From the IMG/VR virus record IMGVR_UViG_3300030098_002069, positions 53,242 to 73,241 of that record: a stretch of 20,000 bases of DNA; one strand, written 5' to 3'. The position numbers and the translations under genes were made by a program. Position 1 is the stretch's first letter, and every line of letters begins with the position of its first letter. This document shows positions 1 through 8,635 of the stretch, piece after piece. The DNA is from an uncultured virus (IMG/VR IMGVR_UViG_3300030098_002069). Taxonomy: Duplodnaviria; Heunggongvirae; Uroviricota; Caudoviricetes. The notes under the pieces were generated by a model, which saw only the letters and a list, made by a program, of their open reading frames with translations, made no database searches and was not told where the DNA came from.

Positions 1-3000
1 TCGTATTCAGGTGTACCTTTCCTGAAACCATATAACTTAGCTTGTCTGTAAAACTCTTTACGTACTCTTATAGAGTTCCAAACAAAAAGCTTGAATCTTG
101 ATAAAACTTTACCCATAGCAGTACGCATAAAAGCAGGTCTTGCTGAGTTCTGATATAAAAATTGAGTATTCTCTATGCCACGCATAGCCATATCAAAAAC
201 AAAGTCATCTTTTATAGATAGTTCTCTACCTTCTACACCATATCTATTAATAGTTTGTATAGCATGTGCGGTAAAAGCATTTAAACGATTGACTTTTTCT
301 GAGTGCTGCATAAAAAATGAACCATATTTTATCATAAGGTCTTTTACACCATACCTATCAATTACCTCTAATACAGTTTCTTCACCCTTACCTCTACCAC
401 TTTTCATAGCTTTAGTAATATCACGCTGTATATCTTTGATATTTACACCAGCTTTCTTTAAACCAGATGTTAAATCTGTGTTTACCTCAAATTCATTCTG
501 TATAAAGTTGTCTATAACACCACGTTCTTCAAGATACTGAAGTAATTCTTTTTTAGTCTTAGCATATTTGCCATTGTTTAATTTAATTACTGGCTTACCA
601 TCTGCATCAGATAACAGTCTTTTATATATCTGTTTATCACTAAATGATCTAAAAAAGTTACGCACCCCTGCACTACCAGCAGTCATAGCGTTACCACTAA
701 ATATATTAGTAGCCCACGTGCCTGTATTCGCCAGTAAACTCATTAACTGATACTGAGCCTCCATTCTACCAAATTCGTGGATTTTACGGCTAAAATACTC
801 GATTCTAGCCTCCTTATCAACAGGAGCGTTCTTTATAAAAGGTGGTTTCCATCCTTTTCTCTCATATAAGTACTCATATCCTCTCACCATACTCTCATCA
901 GAAGTTAAATAGAACAGGTTTTTCCTGTCTCTAAGCTTTAAAGGGTCTATCCCTTCTGTCATTCTAGTATTAAAATAAGATTGATGTCCTAAAATACTTT
1001 GCATATAAAGTCTAATGTAATCAGCCCAAACTTCTGGGTAGCTTTTGTAAACACTACCATGTAATTTTAATTTTTCAGCTTTACTTACTTTATAACTTTT
1101 ACTCATACCATGTAACATGTTATCAATTTCATATTGACCTTTTATTGCAGTAGCATTCTTATAATAGCCTCTAATTATTTTATCCATATAATCAGTAAGT
1201 AAAACAGGTCGTTTATCGTAACCAACCATATTAAATGCTCTGTCACGTAGTGGTGCTGGCATAGAACCCTGTTCATCAACAGTAACTTCTAGATCTTTTT
1301 CTGTAATTTTAGAAAAGTCAGCTAATAAAATATCTTTTAAAGACAGGGAATCTCCCTGTTCCATAGCTTTATTCTCCATTTTATATTGCCATTTTTGTGC
1401 ATTTTCAATTGCAACTTCTTCTTTTACACCATTAGCAACGTCTTCAGCTATTCTTCTTTCTGTTTCAGTCTGTATCCATTCTTTAATTTCTCTACGTGCA
1501 CCTTTATTGTATCCAAAATTCATATGGGGCATGTATTCACTATATTCAAACTTGCCTATACTTTGATAATTCTTACGATTCTTTAAACGAAAATCTTTTA
1601 AATCTTTTATATTTTTTTTACCTTGAATTAGCTTTTCTAATTTGTATTCAAATTGATAACGCTTAAATCCTTCTGTACCAATTAAATTAATAATTTCAGG
1701 AGACTCAAGATTCTTTTCTATAACATTTAATCTAAAATGTTTATGGTCAAACTGACCATCCTTATTCCATCTCATGTATTTATTTAATACACCACCTGTT
1801 TTTTTATACCAGCCATCAAAATCAGAATCTAATTCCCATTTACCTTGATTATCTGATACTTTATTTTGATACCTATCTTTAGTATAAATAAACTTATCTC
1901 CAACATGCTCAAAAAACTTAGTGACATGCTTGTCTAGTCCTTCTAGTTTTTTTAATTCCTTAACATCTGTAGGTCTATATCCCTCTTCTCTGTATCTAAA
2001 TAGTTCTTTAAATAATCTATGTTGCTCTTTAGCACTAAAATTATTTAAGTAATTAGTAACAGGATCTAAGAATTTTTGACTAAAGTTTTTATCTTTAGTA
2101 ATATGCATTTCTGCTCTTTGCCAATATTTACCTATTGAACCAATAGGAGAAGTAAAATGATAAACAGGTTGCCATTCTAACCCCTTACTAGTCTTAACTA
2201 AACCATGATAAGCATAGTATGGTTTAAACATACCCTTACTAGAAAGCTTTTCATCAACAAAACGTGGGTCTAGGTGCCAGTATTTGAGCTTAAACTTCAA
2301 TCCATAGGGGTCTCTTATACCTTCTATGTATTTATTTATAGCCATAACATCATCAAATGTTATAGTATCTGCTGACCTAGGCACACCCCCACCAGATAAA
2401 ATACTAGTAAAATATTTAAACCATTCATTAAAGTTTTCAGAAAGTACCCTATGGTCTTCCATGTTTTTTCTAAACTCTTTTACTCCTTTAACCATATGGT
2501 CATTTAATGCCAGTAGGTTTAAGGCATCAGAATCTATAACCTCATTAATTGTCTCAAGCACAGGTTCATTCCTACGCTTTTCAACATCTAATTTAATCTT
2601 GACTCGATCTTCTGGTTTAGATTCTTTCATAGATGTTCTTCTAAAAGTAAGATTTATTCTAGGCTTTCTGCCCTCTGTAGCCTTTGGTACAGAATGCAGG
2701 AATTGCTCTTGAGTCTCCCCTTGCATTATTAATAAATCATTTTCTTTTAAATTAATTCTATAGTCCCTACCACCTTTTTTAATACTGTGTAGATTAAATG
2801 GTACTTCAGCACCAAAACTAACAGATGCTATAATAGGATTAGTACCTAACTCAGGTTCATTATCTGCATGTCTACCGATACTATCTTTTTCGTTCCTGTA
2901 TTTATTGACAAGCACCGAATTGAATTTTACTCCAGTAATATCTTCTATCTGTCTTTTTATTGCAAGTATCTCTGGTATCCAAGGCTTAGGAGGAATTGGT

Positions 3001-6000
3001 TCTTTACCAGAATATGAATAATCTGTACCCTTGTCTCCATAGTATGCAGTTAACCTAGGTTCTTTCCTACCACCTATTTCACCCTGTTCCCATTCAATAG
3101 CAGCATCAAGTTTCTTCATGTCTACATTTTTAATCTTATTAATAAGATGAAGAATCTTTTTATTCTCATATTCAACAATTTTCGATTCAGGGTTTCTTCT
3201 TTCAGATATTTTAATAGGATCAACTTTTAGTTGAATGTCTTTTGTTAAGGCTCTATCATACATCTCTTCCATCTTTTGATAGTACTCACGCTTTGCTTCA
3301 AAAGGTATATTGCTAGAACCATGAATTGTTTTATTGTGATTTACCTCAGGTAAGTCTGCTTTTACATTCTTTTGTCTATACCCTGTTATAGGACTAAGTA
3401 ATAAAGCATGAAAATAATCTAACAATGGCTTAGGACTTATCCCATTTTTTACTGCAAGGTCACTAAGGTCTTTGTTAGCTCTTTCTATCTTAGCCTCAAG
3501 CTCTACTATTCTTCCATCAGCTTCTTCTTTGCTTTCAGGTCTATTACGCATGAAAGCTTTTATTTTATTCTGTCTCTCTACTACCTCTGGTATTAATTTA
3601 GAAGTTATATCACCTTTAATATTTTTATCAGCTAATTCTTTATGGATTCTAATAAAATGCTTATGTAGTAATTCTATTGTACCTAATTGTCCATAGGTCT
3701 TTCCTATGCTATCTAATACTCTATTAAAATTATTTACTGCTGCAAGATTACTTATGTATCCTTGACTATTAATTAACATATTATCAATAAGGATTCCTAA
3801 ATGCTTTTCAACAAATTGAGAAATTTCTTTTTCAGAATAGCTTTTTAATGCACCTGTTCTAGATATTTCTATAGGCAATCTTTCTTTTATTGTCTTATGC
3901 GATTCAATTATATCAGGAAATCTTAGGTTATTAAGATTTATTCCCATATCATACATCTTATTAACTAAGCTGGGGATAACAGTTTTTAATGCTTTATCAC
4001 CATGAATTTTACTTTTAACCCAATTAATAGTATGAGCCATGTCATGTAAACTCATAGAATCTTTTACATATAAATCTGATATTCTATATACAGCATTTTC
4101 TTTAGAGTTTCTATCTCTAGTAACTCTATATCTAACATCGTTAATACTAGTATTAGCAGTTTCTCCAATTTCTAATCCAATAGAGTCTATAAAATCTAAC
4201 GGAACAAAGAATTTGTTTTTTAAAGTCTTCTTACCAAACGTATCTGTTTTATAAATAAAGTCTTTTATTTTTTTTATACTTAAACTTTTAGGAGTAGAAA
4301 GAGGCTTTGCTACATTAATAGCATCTCTTATTGCAGCTAAATGAGACTTGTTTCCCCATTCATTTATTTCTTTATATCCAAAATATCTATCACCATCTAG
4401 GTTAGAACCCATAACCTTTTCACCAGTAGTCTTACTATATACTTCTGTTTTAAAAGCAGAATCAAATAACATCCTTCTAAAATTAGGATAATCAATAACT
4501 GTTGGGTCATTACTTGCATCAGCAGATTTATTAACAATAAGTGTACCTAAGTCTCTAAAGTATTGATCCCTTGTTTGTCCATTAACAAGACCATCTTTTA
4601 AACTAACTGTGGCTTCATATTCTTTACCATTTACTCCTTTAAATGAAAAGGAATAATTACCACCATTTAATTTGACATAATCAATCCAGTTCTGCATTAC
4701 TATCTTTGCAGAAAGACCATAGCCTAAACCACCCTTGCCTTTATTTGAACCCTCTGCTACTTTATGTCTATAAGCTGGGGAAAATAAAAAGCTTCTAAAA
4801 TATATATCATTACCTTCTTTATAACCTTTATCTCCCTCTTGTAACTTATATCCCTTGTATCTCTGTATTTCATTTTCTGAAATATTAGGATCAGTAAATT
4901 CTTTTTCTAACCTATCTCTATACTCACCCTTTAAATGTGCTCTTTCACTAGCAACATCTTTAAATTTTTTAGTTAACTTATTAGAGAATCCTTGGAATAT
5001 CTTAATACTGTCTGAGTCTTTATCTGCTCCACCAAGATATACGTTGTCTTTGTGGTGGGTAAAGGATCCAGCACCTCTCTGCCCCGTAAAACCCCTAAAA
5101 CGTAAGACACGTGTACCAGACATGCTGTCAGCAGGAGTACGAATAGCCAAGAGATTAAATGTCGTATTCCACTTTGCCACGTCAGGTTTTGACATCCCCT
5201 TATTATGGGATTTGCGATACTGCACCCAAGCTTCGCCCAACGTGACTGGCTCGTTCCTAATATCCAAATTAGTCTGTTTAACATCTATTCCTTTTTCAAA
5301 TAATATATTTATTAAATCTTTTTCTGGTATATATCTATTATTAATAGGCATATTTCTAAAAGCCTCATCAAGATATACTTCTCCTTCACGGAGATTTCTT
5401 GTTTTTTTCTTAGGGTCTATATCTACATACATCATTTGGTCAGGTGTAAATGCCTTCAACCAAGATTTACCACCATGTTCTATATATGGATTAGAGAACC
5501 TACGAACAAGATACTTTTTGTATGCATTATGCCAATTGTCTTTAAATAAAACATTACGAACAAGATATGTATCACGCATAGCCTCTGATAATAATTTATT
5601 TGTAGCATGGAACTGTTTATAATCTGCATTTGCATCAAACTCAAAGTCCATATCAAAGAAACCTTCCTTATCTAGCTTGTTTAGTTTATCCATAAACAAA
5701 CGAGTTATCTTTGGTTCCTTGTTTTTTAAAACATAATCACGAACAAACTCAAAAGGTATTTCCATTACCCCAAGGTCATGCTCATTCATTAACTTTATAA
5801 AACCCTTTACATCTTTTCCCTCTGTCTTTTCAAAAGCCCTAACAAGCTCCCTACCCCTAGCTGAACCAGCTAATGATGGTTCTATTACTTCTTTAAAATA
5901 TTCTTTTGCAAATTCAGGAGCTTGTATTTCATTTGACTGACCATATAACTGTATAGGTATTTCCTCACCTTTAATAGCCTTTACTACATTTTCAAACGTA

Positions 6001-8633
6001 CCTGTACTTAATTGTAAATTATCTATAGGAAATTCATATATCTTTAATGGGTCTCTATTAAATAATTCTATTTGAGGTTTTTTAGTACCCCCTGTAGTCT
6101 CATACCAACCTTTTTTATACCCTATATCACTTGTTTGATGTTCACCCCTTAGCTTTGCAGAACTATCAAAAACAAGAAAGTCTACATTATTGGCTTCCAT
6201 AAACTTATCCCAAACCTCATTAGCACGCTGTCCATTTGATTTAGTAGCAAATGTTCCAAGATTAGTAGCACCAACTAATACTGGCTTGTAATGACCAGAT
6301 TTAGGATCAAGTCCTATTGCATGTGCCCCCGCATCATAAAAAGCTTTTCTTATTATAATACCACCATCTGTATCACTAGATTCTTTTTCTTGATGTTTTG
6401 GTGCTGTGGTATTTATATCTTTTATAATTACTACACGCATTAATCCATCAGGATTTGTTTTCTTAAAACTTAAAGGTGACAATGGAGTCATTCTATTAGA
6501 AAGTAACTGCATACGCTTATTAAAATCAGCAACGCTTTTACCATATCCCTTACCTAGTAATCTATGTAATTGATTTAAGTTAGGTGCATTAGGGTCTACT
6601 AATTTATTATTAGCAGCATGATGCATTACGTTAGAAATCCACTTACGCTCATGGTTACTATTCTCACCAAAAACACTTTTCTCAACTCTCTCTGAATGCT
6701 CATAAGATTTACGTATTGCCAATAATTTTACATTATCTCCCTGTGATAAAGCTTCAAATATCATTTCTTTTGTAAGCTGTATATTGCCTAAGCTATCTGC
6801 ATAGTTAGCAGTCATTAAGAAGTCTTTATCTTTAACACCACTATATATGTACTTGCCAGATTCATTTAATGCGTTCTGTACTAGCTTTAATCTGGCTGGA
6901 CTTAGTTCAAATTTTACATTAGAACCATCAATTCTATTTTTTAATATTTTAAATGGCTTACCATTTTCATCAATTCCATGAGTAAGAAATCTAAATCCCT
7001 TACCATAACCAATATATTCTAATGGTAGCTTATGGTATCTTTCCCCTATAGATACAGCACCTACTTGTTGATTATCTGCTGTTTCTACAGTAGCATATGT
7101 CTTACCATTACGCTTAGATAGTTTAATATAATGTACTTTTTGTAAGGGCTCGACATCACTATGCCAATGTTGTCTTAGTTTTCTTTCATGTTTTTTAAAT
7201 ACTTTATCACCAAGAATGTTTTTCATTCTTTCTATAAAAACTTCTACTTGTGGATCTTGACCCTTTTTACCTAAACTTGCACTACGTGCCCCTTCCACAG
7301 CATCAGTAAAAGACTTTATATTTGTAAAAATATCTTTTTCTATATCGTTATACATACGTTCAGATAATTGATTAACACGATTCCTCTTTAATACAACATC
7401 ATCTGTAAAGTCAGATTGCTGACTATTATATAACGCTTCTGAATTACTTATAGCATCCTGTATTCTCTCTATTAATCTAGTATCTATAGTATCCCTTGCT
7501 TTCTTTCTGTAATAAGAATGAATATCTTGTTCTTTAAAACTTTTTTCAGTCTTATTATAGTAATCTACAGCACGGTCTCTCCATTTGTATTCAGGAAAAT
7601 GATGCTCTAAATAACCTAATGCTGAACCAGTAGAGCCTTTTAAACCCTCTGAGTTCTTAAAAGAAGGCATAGGGTGTTCTTCTATTATATATTTTCTAGT
7701 TTTTTTACTTAAATATTTAAAGTCTCTAGCAAGTTCTGGGTCTACTATATCTCGTATATCCCTAGAAAATCTTCCCTCTCCTTGCTTTTCTCCCAGCAGC
7801 CACTTACCAGCAGCAGCTTCATGTGCAGGTCTAGTATTATATCCAAAGAAACCACCTAGTAAATATTCATATATCTGCATTTCCGTAGGGTCACCACGTA
7901 ATGTAGATGGGATTCCCATAAACATTGATGCAACACCAGCTCTAAGTCTTTTGTTAGCAGTATCTATTTGAGCAGGAGTACCCTTATATAGTTTACCTAC
8001 TGATACAAAATTACCTATACCACCGAATGCACCACCTGCTATAGCACCACCAACAAATGCATCAGCCATTATATCCTTACCCTTCCATACAGAACTAACA
8101 GCACTAGCAACACCAAGACCTAATGCTTCTTCAGTAATAGCTCTTGTCTTTGCACCTTTACGTAAAAAATCTAATGTTTCTAGTTTAGATTTATTTAAAC
8201 TAACATCCATTAATTTTTTAGTACCCCTAGATGCAATCATTGGAACTGCCATAGCATCTAAAGTATCTATACCAGATTGTATGGCTTTATAGAATCCTGT
8301 ATTGCCAAATGGTTTTCTAAGAAGAGACAATGGAGCTTTCATAATAGCTGGAGCAAACCCAGCAAGATGCCCCAATTGTCTAAAGATTGCTTCTCCAGTA
8401 TTGCGTGGTTCTTTAGGGATGAGATCAAATGTAGTTAATCCCTCAATAAACCCAGCTTGAGCCTGTTGCAATCCTCTTCTTAAACTAAAATCAGATTGCA
8501 TTCTTTTGAATCTTATCTGATTAATTTCAGCAAGGTATTCTAGTTCATCTAACTGATCGTCAGAGAACATATCAGGGTTAGCCCTGTATGTGTTGATTAG
8601 GCTTTTTACTTTATAGCCTTCGTAACTAGCCAA
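1..8633 (-). CDS. Giant (>=2877 aa, 3'-truncated by window) putative virion-encapsidated two-barrel RNA polymerase polyprotein with embedded AlkB domain
   Basis: TTG start at 8633, 2 nt after the upstream TAG (MASYEGYKVKSLINTYRANP...). I met no stop in the segments I translated, and the ORF track lists no terminated ORF in this frame, consistent with running off the edge. In-frame motifs: DFNKR (6513-6527), TDGG (6360-6371), YKP..G...TKS (6237-6290), DFLVFDSSAKLRG (~6144-6182), IRTPADSMSG (5115-5144), LGGADKDSDSIKI (DxDxD 5010-5024), GKGGLG (4722-4739), SADASNDP (4503-4526). Confidence 0.88.
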   Translation of the reverse strand, partial: MASYEGYKVKSLINTYRANPDMFSDDQLDELEYLAEINQIRFKRMQSDFSLRRGLQQAQAGFIEGLTTFDLIPKEPRNTGEAIFRQLGHLAGFAPAIMKAPLSLLRKPFGNTGFYKAIQSGIDTLDAMAVPMIASRGTKKLMDVSLNKSKLETLDFLRKGAKTRAITEEALGLGVASAVSSVWKGKDIMADAFVGGAIAGGAFGGIGNFVSVGKLYKGTPAQIDTANKRLRAGVASMFMGIPSTLRGDPTEMQIYEYLLGGFFGYNTRPAHEAAAGKWLLGEKQGEGRFSRDIRDIVDPELARDFKYLSKKTRKYIIEEHPMPSFKNSEGLKGSTGSALGYLEHHFPEYKWRDRAVDYYNKTEKSFKEQDIHSYYRKKARDTIDTRLIERIQDAISNSEALYNSQQSDFTDDVVLKRNRVNQLSERMYNDIEKDIFTNIKSFTDAVEGARSASLGKKGQDPQVEVFIERMKNILGDKVFKKHERKLRQHWHSDVEPLQKVHYIKLSKRNGKTYATVETADNQQVGAVSIGERYHKLPLEYIGYGKGFRFLTHGIDENGKPFKILKNRIDGSNVKFELSPARLKLVQNALNESGKYIYSGVKDKDFLMTANYADSLGNIQLTKEMIFEALSQGDNVKLLAIRKSYEHSERVEKSVFGENSNHERKWISNVMHHAANNKLVDPNAPNLNQLHRLLGKGYGKSVADFNKRMQLLSNRMTPLSPLSFKKTNPDGLMRVVIIKDINTTAPKHQEKESSDTDGGIIIRKAFYDAGAHAIGLDPKSGHYKPVLVGATNLGTFATKSNGQRANEVWDKFMEANNVDFLVFDSSAKLRGEHQTSDIGYKKGWYETTGGTKKPQIELFNRDPLKIYEFPIDNLQLSTGTFENVVKAIKGEEIPIQLYGQSNEIQAPEFAKEYFKEVIEPSLAGSARGRELVRAFEKTEGKDVKGFIKLMNEHDLGVMEIPFEFVRDYVLKNKEPKITRLFMDKLNKLDKEGFFDMDFEFDANADYKQFHATNKLLSEAMRDTYLVRNVLFKDNWHNAYKKYLVRRFSNPYIEHGGKSWLKAFTPDQMMYVDIDPKKKTRNLREGEVYLDEAFRNMPINNRYIPEKDLINILFEKGIDVKQTNLDIRNEPVTLGEAWVQYRKSHNKGMSKPDVAKWNTTFNLLAIRTPADSMSGTRVLRFRGFTGQRGAGSFTHHKDNVYLGGADKDSDSIKIFQGFSNKLTKKFKDVASERAHLKGEYRDRLEKEFTDPNISENEIQRYKGYKLQEGDKGYKEGNDIYFRSFLFSPAYRHKVAEGSNKGKGGLGYGLSAKIVMQNWIDYVKLNGGNYSFSFKGVNGKEYEATVSLKDGLVNGQTRDQYFRDLGTLIVNKSADASNDPTVIDYPNFRRMLFDSAFKTEVYSKTTGEKVMGSNLDGDRYFGYKEINEWGNKSHLAAIRDAINVAKPLSTPKSLSIKKIKDFIYKTDTFGKKTLKNKFFVPLDFIDSIGLEIGETANTSINDVRYRVTRDRNSKENAVYRISDLYVKDSMSLHDMAHTINWVKSKIHGDKALKTVIPSLVNKMYDMGINLNNLRFPDIIESHKTIKERLPIEISRTGALKSYSEKEISQFVEKHLGILIDNMLINSQGYISNLAAVNNFNRVLDSIGKTYGQLGTIELLHKHFIRIHKELADKNIKGDITSKLIPEVVERQNKIKAFMRNRPESKEEADGRIVELEAKIERANKDLSDLAVKNGISPKPLLDYFHALLLSPITGYRQKNVKADLPEVNHNKTIHGSSNIPFEAKREYYQKMEEMYDRALTKDIQLKVDPIKISERRNPESKIVEYENKKILHLINKIKNVDMKKLDAAIEWEQGEIGGRKEPRLTAYYGDKGTDYSYSGKEPIPPKPWIPEILAIKRQIEDITGVKFNSVLVNKYRNEKDSIGRHADNEPELGTNPIIASVSFGAEVPFNLHSIKKGGRDYRINLKENDLLIMQGETQEQFLHSVPKATEGRKPRINLTFRRTSMKESKPEDRVKIKLDVEKRRNEPVLETINEVIDSDALNLLALNDHMVKGVKEFRKNMEDHRVLSENFNEWFKYFTSILSGGGVPRSADTITFDDVMAINKYIEGIRDPYGLKFKLKYWHLDPRFVDEKLSSKGMFKPYYAYHGLVKTSKGLEWQPVYHFTSPIGSIGKYWQRAEMHITKDKNFSQKFLDPVTNYLNNFSAKEQHRLFKELFRYREEGYRPTDVKELKKLEGLDKHVTKFFEHVGDKFIYTKDRYQNKVSDNQGKWELDSDFDGWYKKTGGVLNKYMRWNKDGQFDHKHFRLNVIEKNLESPEIINLIGTEGFKRYQFEYKLEKLIQGKKNIKDLKDFRLKNRKNYQSIGKFEYSEYMPHMNFGYNKGARREIKEWIQTETERRIAEDVANGVKEEVAIENAQKWQYKMENKAMEQGDSLSLKDILLADFSKITEKDLEVTVDEQGSMPAPLRDRAFNMVGYDKRPVLLTDYMDKIIRGYYKNATAIKGQYEIDNMLHGMSKSYKVSKAEKLKLHGSVYKSYPEVWADYIRLYMQSILGHQSYFNTRMTEGIDPLKLRDRKNLFYLTSDESMVRGYEYLYERKGWKPPFIKNAPVDKEARIEYFSRKIHEFGRMEAQYQLMSLLANTGTWATNIFSGNAMTAGSAGVRNFFRSFSDKQIYKRLLSDADGKPVIKLNNGKYAKTKKELLQYLEERGVIDNFIQNEFEVNTDLTSGLKKAGVNIKDIQRDITKAMKSGRGKGEETVLEVIDRYGVKDLMIKYGSFFMQHSEKVNRLNAFTAHAIQTINRYGVEGRELSIKDDFVFDMAMRGIENTQFLYQNSARPAFMRTAMGKVLSRFKLFVWNSIRVRKEFYRQAKLYGFRKGTPEY
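2640..3119 (-). other. alkB: AlkB-family (ALKBH2/3-like) Fe(II)/2-oxoglutarate dioxygenase domain within the giant ORF (aa ~1839-1998)
   Basis: Translation: IEWEQGEIGGRKEPRLTAYYGDKGTDYSYSG...PWIPEILAIKRQIEDITGVKFNSVLVNKYRNEKDSIGRHADNEPELGTNPIIASVSFGAEVPFNL...LKENDLLIMQGETQEQFLHSVPKATEGRKPRINLTFR. HxD at 2862-2870, distal H at 2694-2696, RxNxTxR at 2640-2660, all in the giant ORF's frame. Confidence 0.95.
4995..5150 (-). other. Catalytic double-psi beta-barrel (beta'-like) segment of the RNA polymerase
   Basis: The RxP motif (IRTP, Arg ~aa1165) lies 39 residues before GGA-D-K-D-S-D (aa ~1204-1208), followed by a hydrophobic strand (SIKIF). Arrangement matches two-barrel RNAP catalytic barrels. 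Confidence 0.85.
6140..6530 (-). other. Second (beta-like) barrel segment of the RNA polymerase
   Basis: The ordered motifs DFNKR, TDGG, KP, K-S and M....VDFLVFDSSAK match my recollection of conserved crAss-like virion RNAP motifs (Asp plus two Lys of the beta-like barrel). Confidence 0.72.
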
Positions 8634-8635
8634 TT

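Noticed and set aside
1809..1829. DSDFDGW resembling the RNAP DFDGD motif
   Set aside because: Lacks the final Asp of DFDGD and the upstream RxP and beta-barrel context; the motif at 5010-5024 has the proper context.
2640..3119. AlkB region as an intein or a separate gene
   Set aside because: No Cys/Ser...His-Asn splice junctions or homing-endonuclease motifs seen, no stop on either side, and no SD before the internal ATG.
175..5622. Plus-strand ORFs (175-540, 568-750, 1386-1586, 2326-2712, 3472-3696, 4039-4254, 4855-5622)
   Set aside because: Antisense shadows of the giant minus-strand gene; Ser/Leu/Phe-rich with no recognisable motifs or RBS.
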